From assembly GCF_018350175.1 (NCBI RefSeq), contig NC_058368.1:32118001-32182000 (forward strand): a stretch of 64,000 bases of DNA, written 5' to 3'. Numbering within the stretch: position 1 is the first letter of the stretch; each line of letters opens with the position of its first letter. This stretch comes from Felis catus. Taxonomy: Eukaryota. This document shows, one piece after another, positions 38,100 to 49,075 of the stretch. The position numbers were made by a program, and so were the translations under genes. The notes beneath the pieces were generated by a model, which saw only the letters and a list, made by a program, of their open reading frames with translations, was not told where the DNA came from and did no database searches.

Positions 38100-38292
38100 T
38101 TTTTTTTTCAATGTTTATTTATTGTTGGGAGGGGAGGGGCAGAGAGAGAGAGGGAGACACAGAATCTGAAGCAGGCCCCAGGCTCTGAGCTGTCAGCACA
38201 GAAACCCACCACGGGGCTCCAACTCATAAACTGTAAGATCCTGACCTAAGTCAAAGTGGGACGCTTAACCGACTGAGCCACCCAGGTGCCCC
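38100..38292 (-). mobile_element. CanSINE (feline type)
   Basis: Body 'gacacagaatctgaagcaggccccaggctctgagctgtcagcacag...gccacccaggtgcccc'. Confidence 0.93.
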
Positions 38293-38399
38293 TCCATTTT
38301 CCTTATGGTACAATCACTGATCTCTGATATTTTCCCACTTTTCTTGCTTAGTCTGACCATTTCAATGTTTCTAATTTTTTTCTTTTTCCCTGTTATTTA

Positions 38400-38600
38400 A
38401 AAAAAAATTATGTTTATTTTTAAGAGAGAGATAGAGCTAGGAGGAGGGTTGGAGGGACGGGGAAAGACAGAGAATCCCTAGCAGGCTCTGCACTGTCAGC
38501 AGAGCACCTGATGTGGGACTCAAACCCACGAACCGTGAGATCATGACCTGATTGGAAACCAAGAGTTGGGCACTTAACAGACTGAGCCACCCAGGCCCCC
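38400..38600 (-). mobile_element. CanSINE
   Basis: Perfect 19-bp TSD tctttttccctgttattta at 38381-38399 and 38601-38619. Confidence 0.95.
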
Positions 38601-39286
38601 TCTTTTTCCCTGTTATTTATACTTGGAGTATTTTAGACATCTTGCTATTAAGTTTATTTAGCAAAATATTATTCATCTGTTTTTATAGATGTTTTTAATT
38701 ATTTAAAATATTTTTAGTCTTGAACAACAACAAATTTGTCTATTGACAATTTTAAGTAGCAAACTAGACAAAATTCTTCTGCATTAAAGCAGTACCTGAC
38801 AGACAGGAAGTCCTAATAAATGTTTCTCAAATTATTAACTACATATTTTCCACGTCATCACCTAAGCAGGAGGTTTTGTCATTTGTCACTTAGCACAGTC
38901 ATGCTGGTGGTAGACTGTTTCTGATATGATGATGACTTGAAATGACAAAGCTCTCTGATACTTTGATGTCAAATCAGAATCATTATGGGATCTGTCTAGA
39001 TCTGAAATTTATACAGCACTACTTCAAGTAAGTATTTTTTTTTAATAATGTAAGGAAAACTGGTCTAGAAAGGGATCTTACAAAGAAAAATGTTTGCCAC
39101 TCTATTTGCAGGTTTCAACCATTAGTTCCATCTGTTGTGGTCATATTCTAACTAGTAAAAAACACTATTCCTCTGAGTACTGTGGTTCCTTCATGTATTA
39201 ATTTAATTAATAAATTTAATTCTTTACAACTATTAAATTTAGGAAAGCAATAGTTTATGAAAATCTTAAAAGGAAAAGAAAATTCC

Positions 39287-39520
39287 GGGCACCTGGGTAG
39301 CTCAGTCAGCTAAATGGCTGACTTCGGCTCAGGTCATGATCTCAAGGTTTGTGAGTTCCAGCCCCGCGTCAGGCCCTATGCTGACAGCTCAGAGCCTGGA
39401 GCCTGCCTCAGATTCTGTGTCTCCCTCTCTTGGCCCCTCCCTTGCTTGCACTCTGTCTCTCTCTCTCTCTCTCTGTCTCTCTCTGTCTCTCAAAAATAAA
39501 TAAACATTAAGAAAAGAAAG
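39287..39520 (+). mobile_element. CanSINE (feline type)
   Basis: Full body; TSD aagaaaattcc on both sides. Confidence 0.95.
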
Positions 39521-39710
39521 AAAGAAAATTCCACAATTTAAAGACGTAGTTAATATGTTACAACTCAACTCATTATCCATGTGTATTTGTGTAATAGAAC
39601 TTGTCTAGGTCAGAAGTGAGACTCAAGCTGATGTGTGGACAGTGGCAACAGTCTCCCAGGTACTTAGGACAGACTAGCTCTCTGTCACTGAACACCTGTC
39701 AAAATTATTT

Positions 39711-39935
39711 TTTTCTTTGCTTTTTATTTAATTTTTTATGTTTTTAATGACAGTGTTCACACTTGCATTTGCACACACAAGTGGAGGAGGGGCACAGGAG
39801 AGGGAGAGAGAATCCCAACCTGGCCCCAAGCCCAGGGCAGAGCCCAACATAGAGTTCAGTCCCACCACCATGAGATCATGACCTGAGCAAAACTCAAGAG
39901 TTGTTTGCTCAACCGACTGAGTCACCCAGGTGCCC
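39711..39935 (-). mobile_element. CanSINE, older
   Basis: 'gagatcatgacctgagcaaaactcaagag...gactgagtcacccaggtgccc'. Confidence 0.88.
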
Positions 39936-39989
39936 TAAAATTCTTTACTGTCACACAGAATTTGGGGGCAATGAGGGTATTGGTAGAGC

Positions 39990-40170
39990 ACAGGAATATT
40001 GTTTGGTTTGGGACAGATTGAGTCCCAGATCTGTCACTAAGTAAAACTGTGACCTGGGGCAAGTTATTTAAAATGTCTTAATTTCTATTTCTTCAGAGTG
40101 CAAAATGGGCTTGATGGAGTCTTAACACATAGATTTACAATGATTACATAAAAGCATCAATATAAAATAT
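39990..40170 (+). mobile_element. MIR
   Basis: 'ctgtgacctggggcaagttatttaa...caaaatggg' MIR core. Confidence 0.7.
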
Positions 40171-40749
40171 TGATATTAGTAGATTAATTCCAGGTTTGTT
40201 TCCAGGTCACAACAACTTGCCATTGCTCTAGTATTTTCAGTAACATAAATTAGCCAGTAACTTCATGGGTCTTTACCAGTTTATTTAGGCAAGTTATAGA
40301 GTAAAAGTCCCCTTCTTTCACTACCATTATGAGCTGCTCCGCAAAGCAGAATGGTAATGAATGATGAATGTAAAATCAAATACGAATGATTTTTACGGTT
40401 AAAAACAAAACTGAGGCACTGGAAACAAAATGTAGGCTAATGAAAGAATATTAAAAATTTGAGTATGTAAAACCATGTCATTTAGAAACTAATGTGCTGT
40501 CCCAAGAAAGAAACTTCTTAGCTGTGGTGTTGAGAAGTGACTTTTCAGGCTTCAGAATATTGCTGCATCTGGGCAAAAATGTCACTCCTCTCTATAATCT
40601 GTAATTTGAAATTATTTACTCATTTTCTCACTGTGTTTATTTTATACTACTGTGGTAACAGAGTGGCTCTTTGCTGTGGTAAACAGGTCATTAAAAGGAA
40701 GCTTCAAATTTAAAACGAAGCATCAAATTACGGATCCAGCAATTGTTTC

Positions 40750-41605
40750 ATCTAATTTTCTTCTCATGCCCTATTTTCTGGTGTATATATGTATGTGATT
40801 CATTAAAAAGTGTGAGATACACATATGAAAGTTGTGAAATGTAGTAAAATGAACCCTTTGAACTACCACAATGTCCGAGAACTAGATGTCTCCATTACCT
40901 CGAAGAAACATACTGCAGGTACTCTTTTATGTCTAATTTTTTTTTTTACTGTGTGATTTATCGAACTTGTTACATATATTAGTAGATTAGTTGTTTATTT
41001 TATTGCTGAGTATGACTATACTATGATTGCACTACCAAATCTTCTGTTGATTGCTTTTGGTTGTTTCCAGTGTGAGACTCTTACAAATACAGTTGTTATA
41101 TTCATTCTAGTGCTAGCCATTGGCCACATGGACAATGAAGCATCTCTGTGAATGAAACTACTTGGTCATTTGGTCACTATTTGTTCAACTTTAAAGTAAC
41201 TAACTTTTCCAATATGCCACTTTACCTTCTTATTAGCAATGTTTTAGATCATTGGTATTTCATAACCTCACCATTCTTGCTGCAGTCAATCTTTTAAATT
41301 ATAGCCATTCTAGTAGAAGATTAGTGGTACCTCACAGAGGATTAACTTTCATTCTCCTGGTGATTAGAGTAATGCTAAACACTTTTTGTGTGGGTTGCTG
41401 AATTTCTGCATACCTTCCAAGTGGAAATCAGTACAAATATTTTGCCCATTTGATAATTTTTACTATTGAGTTGTAAAAATTTTAAACACACATTCTAGAT
41501 AAGTGTTGATTTTCATTTATGTTATAATATATATATTACAAAATAATTTATGCTAGTCTATGGATTACCTATAATCTTTAGATAGTATTGTTAATAAGGA
41601 AAAGT
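40750..41605 (-). mobile_element. Very old L1 (L1MC/ME-type) 3' region
   Basis: 'tttattgctgagtatg', 'ttggttgtttccag', 'tagccattctagtagaagattagtggtacctca', 'tattttgcccattt'. Confidence 0.7.
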
Positions 41606-43189
41606 TTTTTAATCCTCTGTATTGAGGTATGATTGATATAACAAAATTATAAGTATTTATGTATACATCTTGATGTATTTGGATATAAGTATATACTATG
41701 AAACTATATACAATATAAATTTGTCCATTATCTCAAAAATTTTTATCCTGTCCCTTTTTTGTTGTTTTTCATATTGTTTTGTTTTCATTTGTGGTAAGAA
41801 CACTTAATGTAAGATTTACCCTCTTAGCAAATTTTTAAGTATGCAATAAGGATTGTTAATTATAGGTCTTATGCTATACAGCAGATCTCCAGAAATTGTG
41901 CATAACTGAAACTTTTTGCTATTTGACCAAAACTTTCCATTATCCCATTGCCCCTCGTCCCTGACAACCACCAGTCTGTTCTCTGCTTTTCTATGTTTGA
42001 CTATTTTCAAGTACACGTGTAAGTGAGATCATGCAGTATTTGTCCTCCTGCGTGTGATTTATTTCACTTAGTGTAATTTCCTCAAGGTTCATTCATGTTG
42101 TCTCAATTAACAGGATTTCCTCCTTCTTAAAGTCTATATACTATCCCATTATTTATATATACCAGATGCTCTTTACCCATTTATTCGTCAATGACTATCC
42201 GGATTGTTTGTATATGTTGACTACAGTGAATATTGTTATAGTGAACGTGGAAGTACAGATATATGTTTGAGATATAGATTTTTTCCTTTGAATATATACC
42301 TATAAGTGGGATTGCTGGATCATAGTAATTTTAATTATAATTTTTTGAGAAACCTCAATACTGTTTTTCATACTGGCTATAGTAATTCACATTCTTGTCA
42401 ATAGTATACAGGGTTTTACTCCATACTTTTGCCAATATTTATTCTTTTTTATTTTTATTGTTTTGAAATTAGCCTTCCTAACGGGGTAAGATGACATCTA
42501 ATCGTGGTGTTGATTTGCATTCCCTTTACGATTATTGATGTTGAGCACTTTTTCATGTACCTTTTGTCCATTTGTATGTCTTCTTTAGAAAAATGTCTAT
42601 TCAGGTCCTTTGCTCATTTTAAATTAGGTTATTTATTTCTTGCTATTGAGTTGTTTGAGATGCTTACATAGTTTGGACATTAACCTTTATCAGATTTATG
42701 GTCTCCAAATGTTTCCTGCTAGCTCACATGCTGCCTTTCACTCTGTTGATTATTCTTTTGTCGTGTAAAAGCTTTAGTTTTATGTGATCTCATTTGTCAA
42801 TTTTTCTTTTGTAAACTGTACTATGGGTGTCACATCCAAGAAATCATTGCCCTCTCCAATATCTAGAAGCTTCTCCCCTGTTTTATTCTAAGAATTTTTT
42901 GTTTCAGATTTTACATTTAAATCTTTGATCCAAATTGAGTTGATTTTTGTATATGTTGGGAGATAAGTAACCAATTTCATTATTTTGCATGTAAATATCT
43001 ATTTTTCCTAGTACCACTTATTAAAGAACCTGTCTTTCCCCCATTGTGTAATCTAGGCACCCTTGTTGAAGATCAGTTAACAAATGAGTGAGTTATTTAT
43101 GGGCTCTCTATTCTGTTCCATTGATCTATAGATCTGATTTTATGCCAATACCATGCTATTTTGATTACTGTATCTTTACAGTATGTTTT

Positions 43190-43393
43190 CTTCAAGTTAT
43201 TATTTTATTTTTGAGAGAGAGAGAGAGAGCAGAGGAGGAACAGAGAGAGAGAGGGAGAGAGTCCCAAGTGAGTTCCGTGCTGTCTGCACAGCCAAGAGCC
43301 CAATGTACAGCTCGAGGCTTTGAAGCCTGAAATCATGACCTGAGCAGAAATCAAGAGTTAGACACTTAACCGACTGAGCCACCCAGGTGCCCC
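43190..43393 (-). mobile_element. CanSINE nested in L1
   Basis: TSD tt(a/g)cagtatgtttt on both sides. Confidence 0.92.
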
Positions 43394-44645
43394 TCGTTGC
43401 AGTATGTTTTGAAGTCAGGGATTCTGATAGCTCCAGCCTTTTTCTTGCTCAAAATCGCTTTGGCTAGTCAGATGTGTTTGTTTGTTTGTTTGTGTTTATG
43501 GTTCCAAATTAATTTTAGAATTATTTTTTTTATTTCTATAAAAAAATACCAGTGGAATTTTGATAAAGGTTGTATTGAACTTGTAGTTTGCTTTGGAGAG
43601 TATGGACATTTTAACAATATTAATTCTTCCAATCTATGAACACAGGATATCTTTCCATTTATTTCAGTCTCTCTGAAAATCTTTGGTAAGTATGTGTGCT
43701 TTTGAATGTATAGGATTCCACCTCCTTGGTTTAGTTAATTCCTAAGCATCTTAGTCTTTTTGATGCTATTGTGAGTGGAAATTGTTTCTTTATTTCTTTA
43801 TGGATAGGTCATTGTTGGAGTATAGAAATGTAACTTATTTTCTATGTTGATTTTATATCTTATAACCTCACTGAATTCATACATTAGTTCTCTGTGTGTA
43901 TATGTGTATGTACGTGTATGTGTAGTCTTTAGTATTTTCTACGTATAAGATCATGTCATCTGCAAGAGGATAATAGTTTTACCTCTTTTTTAATTTGAAT
44001 GCCTTTGATTTATTTTTTTGCTTAATTAATGTGGCTGAGACTTCCAGTGCTATACTGAATAGGACAGGCGAAACTGGGCATCCTGTCTTGTTCTGGAACT
44101 TTGAGGAAATTTTTTGGTTTTCACTATTGAGTGTGATGTTAGCAGTGGGTTTTTCACTTTATTATATGAGATGAGTTCCAAATATAGCTAATTTATTGAG
44201 CATTTTTATCATGAAAGGGTAAATGGAACTTTGTTGATTTTTTTTTTTTTTGCATTTGTTGAGGTAATTACATGATTTTTATCCTTCATGTGTATCACAT
44301 TGATTTATCACACTTATACCTAGGGATTAACCTACTTAGTCATGGAATATGACTCTTTTAATGTGATTTTGGATTCTGTTTGCTAGTATTTTGTTGAGAA
44401 TTTTTGTATATATGTTCATCACTGATAACAGAGTGTAGTCTTATATTTTCTTTTGTTGTGGTCACTTTGTTAGGCCTTGGTATTAGGGTGATGCTGACTT
44501 CATAGATGAGTTGGAAGTATTCCCTCTTATATTTGTGAGGAGAGTTTAAAAGTTTGTATTAATTTTTTTTTTGTCAGTAGAATTTGACCATGAAGCAATG
44601 TAGTAGTAAGCTTTTCTTTGTTGGTTTTTGTTTTTTGTTTTTTGT

Positions 44646-44676
<31 letters not shown>

Positions 44677-45171
44677 TTTTGATTACTGATTCAGTCTCCT
44701 TATTTGTTATTGCTCTGTTCGGGCTTTCAATTTCTTTTTGACTCTGAATTGAGAGGTTGTATGCTTCTATGAATTTATCCACTTCTAAGTTGTCCCATTT
44801 GTTGGTATATTTGTTTATAAGAGTCTTTATATTCTTTTTATTTCTATGGATCAGTTGCAATGTCTCCTCTTTCATTTATGATTTTTTAAATTTTAGTTTC
44901 TCTCTTTTTCCTTAGTCTAGCTAAAATTTGTCTGTTTTTTAAAAAAAATGACAATTATCTCATCAATTTTTAATTTTTTTTCCTTCTTGTACTGCTTTTG
45001 CCACATCCCGTAAGTTTTAGTATGTTGTGTTTTCATTTTCATTTGTCTCAAGTTTTTTTTTCTGACTTCCAACTTGATTTCTTATTTGGCCCAGTAGTTG
45101 TTTAGGAGTATGTTCAGTTTTCATGTTGAAAAAGATACTTGGAGTGATTTCAGTCTTGTTAAATGTGTTAA

Positions 45172-45395
45172 GGGGTGCCTGGGTGGCTCAGTTGGTTAAG
45201 CGTCCAACTTCAGCTCAGATCAAGATCTCACAGTCTATGAATTCAAGCCCCACATTGGGTTCTGTGTTGACAGCTCAGAGCCTGGAGCTTGCTTCAGATT
45301 CTGTGTCTCCCTCTCTCTCTGTCCATCCCCCACTTGCGCGCTCTCTCCCTCTCTCTCTGTCTCTCTCAAAAATAAATAAGCATTAAAAATTTCTT
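45172..45395 (+). mobile_element. CanSINE (feline type) nested in L1
   Basis: TSD ttaaatgtgttaa at 45159-45171 and 45396-45408. Confidence 0.95.
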
Positions 45396-45940
45396 TTAAA
45401 TGTGTTAAGACTTGTTTTGCAACCCAGCATGTGATTTATACTGGAGACTATTCTATGTGCACTTGAGAAGAACTAGTATTTTCCTCCCATTACATAGAGT
45501 TATGTATATATCTGTTAGGTCCACTTGTTCTAAGGTGTTACTCAAGACTGCTGTTCCCTTACTGATTTTCTATCTGGATGATTTATCTATTATAGAGAAC
45601 AGAGTTTTGAAGTCTCCTGCTATTGTTTTATTGCTGTCTATTTCTCCCTTCAGATCAGCCAATGTTTTTTTTTTTATATATATTTAGTTAGGTGCTTTGA
45701 TGCTGAGTTCATATATATTTATAACTGTTGTTATATCTTCCTGTTGATTGATTCTTTTTTCATTATATAATGTCCTTCTTGTCTCTTGTGACAATTGTTG
45801 ACTTAAAGTCTATTTTGTCTACGATAAGTATAGCCACTCCTGTTCTCTTTTGGTTACCATTTGAATGAAATCTATTTCTCCCCCACAGCCCTGCCTTCAC
45901 TTTTGGCCTATATGTGTCTTAAATCTAAAGTGAGTCTCTT

Positions 45941-48495
45941 GAGTGACATCAGCAAAATGGGCAAATAATTCACCCCCCACCCCCCGCACCTTATCCCCTC
46001 TCATCTAGAATTTGGCATCCCTCCACAGACAAAAGTGCTTTTGAGGAAACTTCAGGACTCAGGTAGGAAAGTGAAACCCAGGAGCAGTCCAAGACTCTCT
46101 TCCATGGTTCAGAAGCCTCTGGAAGTAAACCCACTGAGCTCAATCAAACTATAAATCCTGAAAGAACCCTGTCACTGAGCTCCATCCCATCCTAGTCCAC
46201 AGTCTGCCAACAGTCTTGTTGGCACAGTTACCTAACAGGAGACACTCCCATCTACATCCCTGGAGATCCTAAAAAGGACCTATACTTTGTTCCAGGCCCC
46301 ACATGGCTACAATCTGTCAGGAGTCCTCAGGGTTGAAAATCAAGGGAAGACCCTATCGTGTGTCTCATGTACAAGCCCTTTACCCCATTACAGCCGCTCC
46401 CAGACACAACCCATAAGCAGCTTTGCTGACCAAGAGACCTAGCAGGGAATGCTAAGTCCCCAAAGACCCCGAAAGGGCCCTATACTCAGTACCAGCCCCT
46501 ATCAGTCATCGTCCACAAGCCGGCTTGCTGTCATAGATACCCAGCAAGAAATGCTCACATCTGCTCCAGCCCCCCTAGCAAGTTTTAGGGACTACAAGCT
46601 GACTAGACTAGTCAACTAAGGGATCTAGAGGGAGACATGGCCATGTATACCTTGAGCACTAGGTCTACAGACCTTGATACTGGCAGTAGATCCTGAAATA
46701 GCACTGGGTTTTGGTTTCAGGCCCCCCTAAGCCAAAGTCCAGGGCAAGTCTTGCCCACCTAGGAGTCCATACAGTGACCAGGAAGTTGTCCCAGGGACAT
46801 GGCAGGAACCACCCATCTTCACATCTGACAATAAGCCTGTTGTTTGAGGACCCAACTGTGTATCCTAAAGTAGATCTTTGTCCTGGTGCCATCCTATTGA
46901 ATAAGGTACTGGAAGCAGCCCCATCCATCCAGGGACCAGACAGAATCCACACATGCTTAAGCCTCCAGTAACAAGTATGCCAATAATGGAAAAAAGACAA
47001 AATGAATCATGGGACAACATCAAGGAAACAAACATTCATATCATAAAAGTTCCAGATGGAGAAGAAAGAATAAAAGGGGCTGAACACTTATTTAATATAA
47101 TAGTAGTTGAAAACTTCTTAAATCTTGAGGAAAACAGGCACATGCAGATAGGGGAAACTAAAAGGACCTACTCTCAATATCGAATATAACACCCAGACAT
47201 AAAGTTAATAGGGAAACATCATATCTGAATAACACTGTAGACAAAATGGACCTAACGGACATATACAAAATCAGCAGAAAACACACTCTTCTCAAGCACA
47301 CATAGAACATTCTCCAGGAGAAATCAAATGTTGAACTACAAGACAAGTCTTGACAAATATAAGAAGATTGAAATAATATCAAGTGTCTTTTCTAAATACT
47401 ATGGTATGAAACGAAAAATCAATTACAGGAAGAAAATGGAAGTATTCAGAAATACGGCGAAATTAAACAACACATTTCTCAACAACCAGCGGGTCAAAGA
47501 AGAAATAAAGGGGAAAATAATAAAGGATCTTGAGACTATTGAAAATAAAACAACATTCCAAACATTATGAGTGCAGTAAAAGCAATTCAAAGAGGAAAAT
47601 TTATAGCAAAACTTGTGCATACATTAATAAAAAGAAAGCAGATAAACAGCTTAAGATTATATGTAAAGGAATTAGAAAATTAAGAACAATCTAGGTCAAT
47701 CTAGGTCCAAAGTTAATAGCAGGAAAAATACAATAAATATTAGAGCAGAAATAAATAAAATAGAGCCTAGCAATATAATAGAAGAAAAACCGTTGAAACT
47801 AAGATTTGGTTTTTGAAAGATAAATATATTAGACAAAACTTTAGCTACATTAAACAAGGAAAAAAGAGAGAAGATTCAAGTAAGGAAAATTAGAAATTGA
47901 AGAGGAGACATTACAACTCACATCACAGACATACAAAGGAACACAAAAGCCTGCTAGGAACACCAACAAATCAGATGACATAGAAGAAATAAATAAACTC
48001 TTAAGAACATATAACCTACTAGAAAAAATAATTAGCAAATAGGAAATTTGAACAGATCAATAATGAGTAAGGAGACTGAATCAGTAACCAAAATCTTCCC
48101 AACAAAACAAAAAAGCACAGGACTGGAGGGTTTCACTGCTGATTTCTACAGTACATTTAAGGAAGAATTGATGTCAATCCATCTCAAACTCTTCCAAAAT
48201 ATGAAGAGGATGGAACACTCCAAACTTATTATATACAGTCAGAATGACCCTGATTCCAAAGCCAGATAATGAGGCTATAAGAACAGAAAACTACACACCA
48301 GTATCTCTGATGAATAGAGGTGCAAAAATTCTCAAAACAATATTGGTAAAACTACTTCAGTAGAAGATTAATCATATATCATAATCAATTGGGAGTTATC
48401 ATCGGTATACAAAGATGGTTCAACATATGTAAATTAATAAATGTGATACACCATAATAATAAATGTAAAAATCACAGAATCCTCTCAATAAACAC
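45941..48495 (+). mobile_element. L1 5' portion: 5' UTR, ORF1 fragment, ORF2 endonuclease-to-RT-start fragment
   Basis: Start 'gagtgacatcagcaaaatgg'; ORF1 peptide WDNIKETNIHIIKVPDGEER...ENFLNL; ORF2 peptides KTSLDKYKKIEIISSVFS and KSTGLEGFTADFYSTFKEEL. Confidence 0.85.
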
Positions 48496-48499
48496 GTCA

Positions 48500-49075
48500 T
48501 TTAAAGAATATTGATTTTGGTTTCAGCAAGTAGTCTCCTTGACTAGTCTCAAATTCCAAACTGTTTCCTCTGCAGTAGGCAGCAAGTGAACTCTTCAGTC
48601 CACAGTGTTTCCAACTTCTCAGCTCTTGCTTTCGCTGGACTTGTTGAAGTCTTCCCCACACATGTAAAGTTCAAAAACTAGCCAAGCTTTGGGTGGGAAA
48701 TGGCAGATTTTGGGGTTTCCCCACTGCATAACTCCCTCTTTTATAAGACTTCACCTCATTTTCTTGCCACTCTGGCACTCCTGGACTCTCCTCTGACCCC
48801 TAAAGCTGGTTAAATTGAAACTTTCTCGTTGTGTTTTACCAACCTCATGTCTTGTAGAGTAAAAAGTGCTTTTAGAAGGAAGACGAACCCTCACAAACAC
48901 AAGTATCACCCACTGCTATTTCCCTTTTTAATATTTTGATCACCTTCCCATTTTACCCTGCATGTGTTCATTTTTCAATTGCTGTAAATACTTTTTAAAA
49001 ATATATTTTTTCCAGATTTTTATCTGTTGGAGAGTTAATAATAAAAAAGCTTTACCACCATATCCAGAAGTGAAT
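48500..49075 (-). mobile_element. Very old L1 5' end remnant
   Basis: 'gattttggtttcagcaagtag...tcaaattccaaact' and terminal 'accaccatatccagaagtg', resembling antisense L1MC/ME 5' ends. Confidence 0.45.

Larger units (their letters stand above)
41606..45940 (-). mobile_element. L1MA/MB-type element, 3' end through ORF2 to the endonuclease start; contains two CanSINEs
   Basis: 3' end 'tattgaggtatgattgatata'; degenerate ORF2 (NKWDNLEVDKF...NRAITNKETESVIK); ends at 'gtgagtctcttg' (QETH codons on the minus strand). Confidence 0.9.
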
